Shown in pieces: positions 38,745 to 46,788 of a stretch of DNA of 64,000 bases. The stretch is taken from the NCBI GenBank assembly GCA_965222375.1, contig CBDCTZ010000016.1:2592001-2656000 (forward strand), given 5' to 3'. The translations under genes and the position numbers were made by a program. Under the pieces are notes generated by a model, which was given only the letters and a program-made list of their open reading frames with translations, was not told the DNA's origin and searched no databases. Every line of letters begins with the position of its first letter. Within the stretch, counting starts at the first letter, position 1. The stretch is from Polyangiaceae bacterium. Lineage in GTDB: Bacteria; Myxococcota_A; Polyangia; Polyangiales; Polyangiaceae.

Positions 38745-40343
38745 ATGCGCCAAACGCCGACATCGCCGTATTCCCCGGACCTCGAGCAGCTTCGGCTGTG
38801 GCTCGAGCAGATGGTCGCGGCTATGCGGTTCGTGGAGCTGGTCGTCGCGATCCTTGGACTCATTGGGCGAATGCGCGACATCAACACTGAGCTCACCAAG
38901 CGCGTCGCCCACCTCACCCGCAAACGTCCTCGGTCAGAGACCCTCGAGCGTCTCGAGCGGCAGCTCGTGTTGCCGTTGATGGGCTTGGCCCAGCCTGCGA
39001 AAAAGCCAAATCCTGCAGCCGACTCCACGTCGCCAAAGAAAGGGCGAGGTGGCGGGGGTCGAGGGAAATTTCCCAGGGACATCCCACGCATCGAAGTGCC
39101 CAATCCCGTTCCACCCGCGCAGCGGCTCTGCCCACTGTGCGGCCAGGAGATGGTGACCATCGGCCACTCCGTCTGCGAGACCCTCAACGTGGTCCCGGCG
39201 CAAGTTTACATCGAACACCGTGTGGACGAGACCGTGGCATGTCCCAACGACGACGCCATCGTCTCGGCACCGCCCCCTGCTGCCATCGTCGAGCGTGGAA
39301 AGCTGGGCGACACACTCATCGTCGAGGCGACGTGCGACAAGTACATCGAGCACCAGCCCATCGAGCGCCAGTGTGTGCGCTTCAAGCGCGCTGGAATCGA
39401 GATCGCGCCACAAACCCTGGGCCGCAGCGTGGGCGCCCACATCGACCTGCTCGAGCCCGTCGCTGCCCTCATCGCCGAGCGGACTCGTGCCCCTGGATAT
39501 CTCGCTACCGATGCCACTGGCATTCCGGTGCTCGACCCCGACGTCCTCGAGGGCGTCCGTGGTGGTGCCATGTGGTGCTGGACCAACGCGCGCTGGGTCA
39601 GCTTCTTCTACGCTGCACATGGCAACGCCCAGAGTGTGCGTGATTTCCTCGACAACGACCTGTGTCGCATCGTCCAGTGCGATGGCACGAGCGTCACCAA
39701 CTGCATCGAACGCGCTGGCGGCAAGCGCCCGGGCTGCTTGGCACATGCTCGCCGCCGGTTCGTCGAAGCGGCGCGAGCTGGAGACTCGCTCGCCCTTGAC
39801 GGCCTCCGCCTCATGGCGCCTCTCTTCGCGATCGAGCGCGATTCGAGGCTCGCCGGGGACACCGCGGCGCAACGTCGCACCCGACGGCGCGAGCACAGCA
39901 AACCCATCATCGACACGCTCCGAGCATGGCTCGATGCGCAGCGCGCGCTCATTCCTCCCAAGACCCCTCTCGGTCGCGCGCTCGGCTACCTGCACCGGCA
40001 GTGGCAGCGCCTCACCTTGTTCCTCGAGGACGGCAACATCGAGCTGACCAACAATCGCCGGGAACGCGAGCTCCGCCGGTTGGTCCTCGGAAGAAAAAAT
40101 TGGCTTTTCACCTGGCTCGATGATGGCGGCAAGCGTACCGCAACCATCCTCAGCATCATCGCGACCTGCATCGCCCATGACGTCAATCCTCGCGCCTACC
40201 TGCACCTCGTGACCAAGCTCATCGTGCACGGATGGCCGCAGAGAAAGCTCCGTGAGCTGCTGCCCGATCGACTGCTCGCCGCCCATCCCGAACTCTACGT
40301 CGGCGACCGCTCCGTGTTGCCCGCGCCCGCACTATCATCCTGA
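38745..40343 (+). CDS. tnpC: IS66 DDE transposase TnpC
   Basis: Leucine-zipper-like N-terminus, CPLCG zinc finger, DATG, QCDG, CLAHARRRF, NNRRERELR..VLGRKNWLF. Confidence 0.95.
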   Translation: MRQTPTSPYSPDLEQLRLWLEQMVAAMRFVELVVAILGLIGRMRDINTELTKRVAHLTRKRPRSETLERLERQLVLPLMGLAQPAKKPNPAADSTSPKKGRGGGGRGKFPRDIPRIEVPNPVPPAQRLCPLCGQEMVTIGHSVCETLNVVPAQVYIEHRVDETVACPNDDAIVSAPPPAAIVERGKLGDTLIVEATCDKYIEHQPIERQCVRFKRAGIEIAPQTLGRSVGAHIDLLEPVAALIAERTRAPGYLATDATGIPVLDPDVLEGVRGGAMWCWTNARWVSFFYAAHGNAQSVRDFLDNDLCRIVQCDGTSVTNCIERAGGKRPGCLAHARRRFVEAARAGDSLALDGLRLMAPLFAIERDSRLAGDTAAQRRTRRREHSKPIIDTLRAWLDAQRALIPPKTPLGRALGYLHRQWQRLTLFLEDGNIELTNNRRERELRRLVLGRKNWLFTWLDDGGKRTATILSIIATCIAHDVNPRAYLHLVTKLIVHGWPQRKLRELLPDRLLAAHPELYVGDRSVLPAPALSS

Positions 40344-40798
40344 GTCGACGTGGTTTCGCTCAGCTCCTTCGGGGACGCATTGTCCGGAGCCTCACTCACG
40401 TCTTCGTCAATTGCTTCGCGGATCACTCGGTCCGTCAGCTCCTGCAGATGCGCGTCGAGCTCCTCCGACAGCGCCAAAAACTCCGGCCACAGCGTCCGCT
40501 CCTGAAACGTCTTCGGCGCCCGCAGCAACACTGTGCTGTACCGTCGTCCCCGCTCACGGTACGGACTCAGGCCATACCGTCGGCAAAGCGCCAGGAAAAG
40601 TTTCCGCTTCCACGGATCCAAGAGCGAATACCGAAATACCTCCTCTTGCTCCCGTTCGCGTAATTCTGCGAGACGCGCACGGATCCGCTCTGCTGCCCGT
40701 CGTGCCGCTTCGCGCTCGCCATCGACTTTCGTACCGGCGTGCAGTGCCTCGATCTTGCGCAGCTTTTCCAGCAGCGTCCCTTCCAGTGGCAGTCTCAT
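40295..40798 (-). CDS. Hypothetical cargo protein inside the IS66 (N-terminus resembles DUF2786)
   Basis: LLEKLRKIEALHAG...GEREAARRAAERI then PWKRKLFLALCRRYGL.PYR; lies within the inverted repeats, convergent on tnpC. Confidence 0.75.
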   Translation of the reverse strand: MRLPLEGTLLEKLRKIEALHAGTKVDGEREAARRAAERIRARLAELREREQEEVFRYSLLDPWKRKLFLALCRRYGLSPYRERGRRYSTVLLRAPKTFQERTLWPEFLALSEELDAHLQELTDRVIREAIDEDVSEAPDNASPKELSETTSTQDDSAGAGNTERSPT

Positions 40799-41061
40799 GC
40801 TCCCCACCCGACCACAGGGCCCCCCACGCGTCACCTGCCCAAGCACTTGCCGCGCAACTTCGCAAGCTGAATACCGCTACGTCGTTCGTGGACGGGTTAC
40901 CATCTCGGGAGCCAGAGCGAGAGTAGTTACCCACCCGGCTTCGCCGGACCCACATCGAAGGAAACAGGCAATACTGCTGGGTGGTGGCAGAGAGGTCGAA
41001 GCCGCGATGGCGCCAGCGAGCCCTTCTGTTTCTGCCTAGTGCACCGGATTCGGCCAGCGCT

Positions 41062-41106
41062 CACCCCTTCGGGTGTCGCCCCTTCGGGTGTTGCCCCTTT
41101 GGGCAC
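41062..41106. repeat. Three tandem 15-nt hairpin units
   Basis: CACCC-CTTC-GGGTG, CGCCC-CTTC-GGGTG, TGCCC-CTTT-GGGCA. Confidence 0.85.
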
Positions 41107-41162
41107 CACGAAGCGCGCCACAAGCGCGTCGACCCCAAAACAAAGGACGGAGCCAAGTGGGC

Positions 41163-42470
41163 CTACCGCGCAATGCGCTGCAGTAGCAGGGGCGTTGCTT
41201 TGGGAGCCGTGCGTCCAAGCTTGAACGCATTGCGCACGCGGTCGACGTGGGGCTTGGCCTTGGCTTTCGTTTGCGCATGCAATACGGCCAGGGTTTCGCC
41301 CCGCTTGACCCGGTCCCCGGGCTTCTTCGAAAGCTCGATGCCTACCGCGGGGTCGACAGCTTGGTCGGCGCGAGTACGCCCCGCCCCCATGGCAACGCCG
41401 GTCAATCCCAGCTCCAGACAGTCGCAATGGGTAACGTAGCCGCTCTTCGTCGACGCCACGTCGACGGTCGTCTTGGCACGTGGCAGGAGGCTGGGATCTC
41501 GCACCACGCGAGTGTCGCCACCTTGGGCCGCGACCATCTTTTCGAAGCGCGCCAGTCCCCTGCTGCTCGTTATGGCCGCCTCTAACTGCTTGCGCGCCTG
41601 CGAAGCTTTGCGCGTGACTCCGGCCACCACGAGCATCTCGGCACCCAGCAGCAGAGTGAGCTCGCGGGTGTCGTCGGGTCCCTCTCCCATCAACACCTCG
41701 ATCGCTTCACGGGTTTCCAGCGCATTACCGATGGTCGTGCCGATTGGGACGTTCATGTCCGTCAGAAGCGCCACCACCTTCTTCTTTGCTCTGGAGCCGA
41801 CCCGGACCATGGCGCGCGCCAGTTCCCTCGCAGAAGACAGGTCCTTCATGAAGGCACCCCGGCCGACCTTCACGTCGAGCACGAGGCCGTCGATGCCCTC
41901 CGCCAGCTTCTTCGACAGGATGCTGGCGACGATGAACGGAATGAACTCTACGGTGCCCGTGACGTCCCGGAGGGCGTAGATCCGACGATCCGCTGGCGCC
42001 AACCGGGCCGTCTGCCCGATGATCGCCAAGCCAGTCTCGCGAACCTGCTTCTCGAAGCGCTTTGCATTCAGGTCGACTTGGTAGCCCGGGATCGCTTCCA
42101 GCTTGTCGAGGGTGCCGCCGGTGTGCCCGAGCCCTCGGCCCGAGATCATCGGCACGGCTACACCACACTCGGCCACGAGCGGAGCCAAACACAAGCTGAT
42201 CTTGTCGCCGACGCCTCCGGTTGAGTGCTTGTCTACCTTGGGTTTTTTGACCGACGGCAGTGTGAGCACATCGCCGGAGTGCAGCATGGTGTTGGTCAAA
42301 GCGACGGTCTCCTCGTCGCTCATGCCACGCAGATACGCCGCCATGAGAAACGCGCTCATTTGGTAGTCGGCGACTTTGCCCTTCACGTAGCCGTCAATCA
42401 GTTTGCTGATCTCGTCTTCCGAGAGAGTTCCGCCGTCACGCTTCTTGATGATCCAAGGTACTGGGTTCAT
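41163..42470 (-). CDS. deoA: Thymidine / pyrimidine-nucleoside phosphorylase
   Basis: IIKKRDG, DKHSTGGVGDK, SGRGLGHTGGTLDKLE, YALRDVT, SILSKK. Confidence 0.95.
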   Translation of the reverse strand: MNPVPWIIKKRDGGTLSEDEISKLIDGYVKGKVADYQMSAFLMAAYLRGMSDEETVALTNTMLHSGDVLTLPSVKKPKVDKHSTGGVGDKISLCLAPLVAECGVAVPMISGRGLGHTGGTLDKLEAIPGYQVDLNAKRFEKQVRETGLAIIGQTARLAPADRRIYALRDVTGTVEFIPFIVASILSKKLAEGIDGLVLDVKVGRGAFMKDLSSARELARAMVRVGSRAKKKVVALLTDMNVPIGTTIGNALETREAIEVLMGEGPDDTRELTLLLGAEMLVVAGVTRKASQARKQLEAAITSSRGLARFEKMVAAQGGDTRVVRDPSLLPRAKTTVDVASTKSGYVTHCDCLELGLTGVAMGAGRTRADQAVDPAVGIELSKKPGDRVKRGETLAVLHAQTKAKAKPHVDRVRNAFKLGRTAPKATPLLLQRIAR

Positions 42471-42522
42471 GCGCTTTCCAGCATACCCGAGTGCCGCGGC
42501 TGTGGAGCGAATTGGTAGTGGG

Positions 42523-43536
42523 TCAGCGGACCTTTTGCACGCGCCAGAGCGAGTCCAGGAACCATTTTTTTTCGTCGAGGAATTCGGCCTCTATGGCAAA
42601 GCCCGTGTCCTTCGCGAGCGCCGTGATGTCACTTCGCAAATACTTGTAGGAATACTCCGTGTGAATCGGCTCCCAGGCGTCGAAATCGAAAGCGAGCTGC
42701 AGCGCGTCGATAGCAACGCTCTGTTTTTCCACGCTGACGAGGTAGCTTTCCATCGCGCCGCTGAAGACATCGTAGGTGCCGAAGTGACGGAACTTCTCGG
42801 GGTTGAAGTGACCACCCAGCTCGCGGTTGATCCGAGTCAACAGGTTGAGATTGAAGCGGGAGGTTACGCCATCTCGGTCGTTGTAGGCGCGAAGCAGGAC
42901 CTCGATGTCCTTCTTCAGATCGAAGCCAATGAGCAGCAGATCTCCCGGGTTGAGGGCGGTCCACATTCGTCGCAGGAAGGCCCGAGCCCTCGCACGATTG
43001 AAGTTACCGATGTTGGAACCCAGGAACAGAACGAGGTTCCTCCGGTCTCGGTGAGAATGTGCCAAGTGTTCGAGGCCGTCCGTGTACTCAGCGACCAGGC
43101 CGGCGACTTCCATATTGGGAAAGCGCTCGCGGCAGCGCGGCGTCAGCGTTGCTAGGGCCCCCGCGGAGATGTCGATGGGCACGAAACGGAAGTCGACGCT
43201 TCGCTTCTCCAGGTGCTCCAGCAAGATGAAGGTCTTCGCGCCGTCACCGGCGCCGAGATCGACCACGTGCAGCGCGCCGTCGGCCACTGCGTCAGCGATG
43301 TCGCCGCGATAGGTCTCCAAGATCTCGCGCTCGCAGTTCGTGGGGTAGTAGTCCTCGCAGGCCATGATCTGCGTGAACAATCGGCTGCCCTCATCGTCGT
43401 AAAAGTAGCGCGAAGGCAGCCGCCGCGGACGTTCCGACAGTCCGGTCAGAACCTCGTATGCGAACTCGCGGTCAGAGGAACGGACTTCCTGGGGCTCCAG
43501 GGTGCGAAAATCCTCTTGGGTGGTTGAATTGGCCAC
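42523..43536 (-). CDS. egtD: L-histidine N-alpha-methyltransferase
   Basis: LPSRYFYDDEGSRLF..I...YYPTNCE, DLGAGDGAKT, FLGSNIGN, AYNDRDGVT..FNLNLL.RINREL, IHTEYSYKY. Confidence 0.92.
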   Translation of the reverse strand: MANSTTQEDFRTLEPQEVRSSDREFAYEVLTGLSERPRRLPSRYFYDDEGSRLFTQIMACEDYYPTNCEREILETYRGDIADAVADGALHVVDLGAGDGAKTFILLEHLEKRSVDFRFVPIDISAGALATLTPRCRERFPNMEVAGLVAEYTDGLEHLAHSHRDRRNLVLFLGSNIGNFNRARARAFLRRMWTALNPGDLLLIGFDLKKDIEVLLRAYNDRDGVTSRFNLNLLTRINRELGGHFNPEKFRHFGTYDVFSGAMESYLVSVEKQSVAIDALQLAFDFDAWEPIHTEYSYKYLRSDITALAKDTGFAIEAEFLDEKKWFLDSLWRVQKVR

Positions 43537-43692
43537 GCTCTCCTCTTTGACGCGTGCACGGACGAGTGCCCGGGAGCGCGTCCGCCCATCGTTGCGAACC
43601 GCGAAGGTGATCGCAACCCGTCGGCGAGACTTTTTGCACAAAACCCAGCAGCACCGGCGAAAGGCGCCAGCGCTCCGAGGCTCGTAGCCCGC

Positions 43693-46600
43693 TCAGAGAG
43701 TCGGATTCTGGTCGAAGCAGCAGCGGAAGCCGGCGTCGAAGAGCTTGAAATCCTTGTCCACGCTGAAGAACGTAAAGTTGCACTCCGCGCCGGCCTCTGC
43801 GGCGGTGTTGAAGCCGCCGCCCATCAACTTGTACACGCAGGTGTTGGTGGGTGAAGAGCAGCCGCTGCCGCTCTCTCGAACGATTTCCCAGAGGTTGCCA
43901 GTCACGTCGCGGATGTTGTTGTTCGCTGCGCCGTTTCCGGTCGTTCCAGCCCAATCTGCCCAGCAGTTCTGCAGCGACCCTGAGGCCGTGGGCAACAGAC
44001 CGTTCGTAATGCCATTCGCGGGGTTCCCATCGAAGTCGAAAGGTCCGATGTTGCAGCGCCTTCCGGAACCAGTGCTGTAGGTTCCGGGCAACTGGCAGGC
44101 GGGAGTGCCGCCACCGGTGCGGGGGTTGTAGCCCCACCGACAACTATTCGTGGTCGTCCGACATGCGGTCTGCCAATCGCCACGGTTACACAGGCGCCCA
44201 CCTCGGGCCTCGCAGGTCTGCGCGGCTTCCACCGGTGTGAGGTTGAACCATGGAATCACGCCCGCGACAGAGCAACCTTGGGTCTTGTCCTGGGGCGTCC
44301 CGGCCGGAGCGCTCACCTGGTAGCCATTGCCGCTACCAGGATTGATGTTGGTCGCTCCGGTCCGGCTGATCTCGTACTGGCTGACCCAGAGATTCGAGGA
44401 AAGCTGGGTTACGGCCGGTCGTACGAAGTTCGCCGTGTTGGTGCCCTTGCCTCCCGGATACGAGGTCGTGACCTTGAAGGGTTCGTCCACGGAGCCGTCG
44501 CAGTCGTTGTCTGCGTTGTCGCAGAGCTCCGGACCCGCCGCGCCGTTGTTCTTGACGGCGTTGCAAGCCGTCGCCGATGCGCCGCTGCAGACGAACTGTC
44601 CGGTGGTTCGGCACTGCCCGTGGCCGGGGGGTGGCAGGCCGTCATCGCTGGCGCAGGCCTGACCGAGGTAGCCCTGGTTGAGCAGTGGCGGCTTGAAATT
44701 CTCATCCGTGGCACCGTTGCAGTTGTTGTCTCGGTTGTCGCAGGTGTCCGTGGTCGATGCGCAGTCCGGGGGGGTGCCCGTGCAGTAGTTGGTGGTGAAG
44801 GAGCACTGCCAGCCACCGTTGTTGCAGGTCACGTCCACGCCAATCGGATTTCCTGGAGTCCGGGCTAGGCAACCGTTGTCGGTGGCCGCCGCTGCAACGC
44901 CGCAGACCTGAACCGGACTGGGCGTCGGACTTACGCTCTCGTCCACCTGGCAGTTGCAGTTGTCGTCGATTCCGTTGCACTGCTCATTCGAAGAAACGAA
45001 GGAGCAGAAGCGCTCGCAGTCGTTGTTGTTGCCGTCGCAGTTGATGTAATTGGCCTCGCAACCCGTACGTACGCAAGTTCCCGATTGACAGGCCCAGGTT
45101 CCGTGACCGGTTGGCGAGATTTGTGTGCAATCGTTGCCACAGGTTCCGCAGTTCTTCACATCGTTCTGCAAGTCAGGTTGCCCGCTGAGGGTGCCGTCGC
45201 AGTTGGTGTCCTCACCGCATTTGTCCGTGGCGCTCTGCGCTTCGATGGCCCCTTGGCAGAGCTTGACCCCGCCCACGCAGGCAAGGGCGCCCTTCTGGCA
45301 GGGCTGGGGCACGCCGGGTGGCGGCGGGGGAGGCACTTTGCAGTCGCCCACCGCGTCGCCTGGCGGACTGGCGCATACTTTGTCGGCTGCGCTGGAGCGG
45401 ACCAGGCACAGTTTGCCCCCGGTGCATTGAGCGTCGGAGGTGCAAGAAACCGGCGTACCGGGGCCGATGGTGCCGTCGATTACGCCATCGCAATCGTCAT
45501 CCTGGCCGTTGCAGATGTCGGTGGTTGGGTCGGTTTTGCCCTGGCAGACCAACACGCCACTCTGGCACTGCTCGGTGCCCGTCTGGCAGTTGCCCACGGA
45601 GCTGCCACAGGTGCCACCCTCGTCCACCGGGCTGTCGTCCGGTGTTCCGTCGCAATCGTCATCCAGGTTGTTACAGATTTCCTGCTTCTCATTCGGTTTG
45701 ATGACCTGGGGCCCGGTTGGAGCGTCACATAGCCCGTTTCGCAGACCCTTGACCGGAAAGTTCGGGTTTGTGCCGCTCAAGTTGTTCGAGTCCGGGTCAC
45801 AGCAGGTAATCACACCGCCGAGGCACTTGTTCAGGCCCTGATTCACGGCCGCGGCACAAATGCCTTGGGTGCCGCCGAAACACGGTTTGCCGACGTCGGG
45901 ATCCTGAAGCTCCAAGCTATCGTCTGCGTTGTCGATCTTGCCGTCGCAATCGTTGTCCACGCCGTCGCAGACTTCGTTGCCCGTGGGCGTGCACTCGTAT
46001 TCGCAACCGTTGCCGGGGGAATTGTCCGCGTCGTAGAAGCCCGGGTTGCACTTGTCGACTTCGCAGGTCGTGTTGTTGGTGGTGCACTGGGCGCCACCGG
46101 TCGCGGTTGTGACGCATTTGGCGGTTCCGTTTGCGATGACGCACTTGTTGCCGCACTTGCCGCAGTTCTCCGTGTCGGTGCAGGTGTTCATGTCTTCATC
46201 CACCTGGCCGTCGCAGTCGTCATCCTTGCCGCAACCGTCTGCGCCACCGGTATCCACGGTGTTCGTCCCGTTTGGATTCCATGTGCACTGGTATTCGCAC
46301 CCCAGGGTTTCCGGCTTGGTCGGATCATCCTTCTTGATGTCGTACCAATCCTGCTCGCATTTCTCGCGTTTGCAGGTGCCCGGGGTCTTGCCGTCCAAGG
46401 TGGCTGGGGGGTCGCAGCTGGGGTTGACGACGTGGGGGATGGTTGCGCAGTTGTTGTCGCACGTACCGCAGGTCTGGACCTTCGTGAAATCGATGCCTTC
46501 GTCGGTTTGACCGTTGCAGTCGTTGTCGAGGCCGTCGCAAATCTCGACTCCGTTGTTGGTGATCTGACAACCGTCGCTGCCGGAGTCCAGGTTGATGACG

Positions 46601-46788
46601 CTGCCGTCATTGCCACCCGTGCCGGACTCGATCACAGGACCGTCAAAGCCACCGCCGTCACCCGTCGTTCCACCAGAACCGGTGCCCTCACCTTCACAAT
46701 CGTCGAAGCAATAGCTCGAGGTAGTACACCCGGTGCTGAAGACCAGGCCAAGAGCAGAGCTCACCACAATGGCGCTAAGCCACTTCAT
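43693..46788 (-). CDS. Large Cys-rich lipoprotein: MopE-type (C.G.D.DC.G..DE) repeats plus C-terminal FGE/SUMF1-like domain
   Basis: Lipobox FSTGC; ~8-9 EICDGLDNDCNGQTDEG-type repeats; C-terminal YE..R, PWFN.T..EA...C...GGRLC...W..AC, DVTGNLWE, GGGF, GFRCC; ATGA overlap with the upstream gene. Confidence 0.88.
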   Translation of the reverse strand: MKWLSAIVVSSALGLVFSTGCTTSSYCFDDCEGEGTGSGGTTGDGGGFDGPVIESGTGGNDGSVINLDSGSDGCQITNNGVEICDGLDNDCNGQTDEGIDFTKVQTCGTCDNNCATIPHVVNPSCDPPATLDGKTPGTCKREKCEQDWYDIKKDDPTKPETLGCEYQCTWNPNGTNTVDTGGADGCGKDDDCDGQVDEDMNTCTDTENCGKCGNKCVIANGTAKCVTTATGGAQCTTNNTTCEVDKCNPGFYDADNSPGNGCEYECTPTGNEVCDGVDNDCDGKIDNADDSLELQDPDVGKPCFGGTQGICAAAVNQGLNKCLGGVITCCDPDSNNLSGTNPNFPVKGLRNGLCDAPTGPQVIKPNEKQEICNNLDDDCDGTPDDSPVDEGGTCGSSVGNCQTGTEQCQSGVLVCQGKTDPTTDICNGQDDDCDGVIDGTIGPGTPVSCTSDAQCTGGKLCLVRSSAADKVCASPPGDAVGDCKVPPPPPPGVPQPCQKGALACVGGVKLCQGAIEAQSATDKCGEDTNCDGTLSGQPDLQNDVKNCGTCGNDCTQISPTGHGTWACQSGTCVRTGCEANYINCDGNNNDCERFCSFVSSNEQCNGIDDNCNCQVDESVSPTPSPVQVCGVAAAATDNGCLARTPGNPIGVDVTCNNGGWQCSFTTNYCTGTPPDCASTTDTCDNRDNNCNGATDENFKPPLLNQGYLGQACASDDGLPPPGHGQCRTTGQFVCSGASATACNAVKNNGAAGPELCDNADNDCDGSVDEPFKVTTSYPGGKGTNTANFVRPAVTQLSSNLWVSQYEISRTGATNINPGSGNGYQVSAPAGTPQDKTQGCSVAGVIPWFNLTPVEAAQTCEARGGRLCNRGDWQTACRTTTNSCRWGYNPRTGGGTPACQLPGTYSTGSGRRCNIGPFDFDGNPANGITNGLLPTASGSLQNCWADWAGTTGNGAANNNIRDVTGNLWEIVRESGSGCSSPTNTCVYKLMGGGFNTAAEAGAECNFTFFSVDKDFKLFDAGFRCCFDQNPTL

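Larger units (their letters stand above)
37898..40900 (+). mobile_element. Complete IS66-family insertion sequence (3003 bp) carrying an extra ORF
   Basis: IRL GTAACCCATCCACCTACGACGT (37898-37919); IRR reverse complement GTAACCCGTCCACGAACGACGT (40879-40900); 8-bp TSD CATCTCGG at 37890-37897 and 40901-40908; tnpA-tnpB-tnpC order. Confidence 0.97.

Noticed and set aside
38934..40286. 450-aa antisense ORF in tnpC and the many similar overlapping ORFs elsewhere
   Set aside because: Expected shadow ORFs in high-GC coding DNA; no recognisable motifs
43693..44400. FGE/C-type-lectin C-terminus as a diversity-generating retroelement target
   Set aside because: No reverse transcriptase and no template repeat with adenine-specific mismatches seen in the window; the large repeat nearby does not include this region
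42523..46788. FGE-like domain gene next to egtD as the sulfoxide synthase EgtB
   Set aside because: It is a secreted Cys-rich lipoprotein lacking the DinB-like domain and the HxxxHxE iron motif
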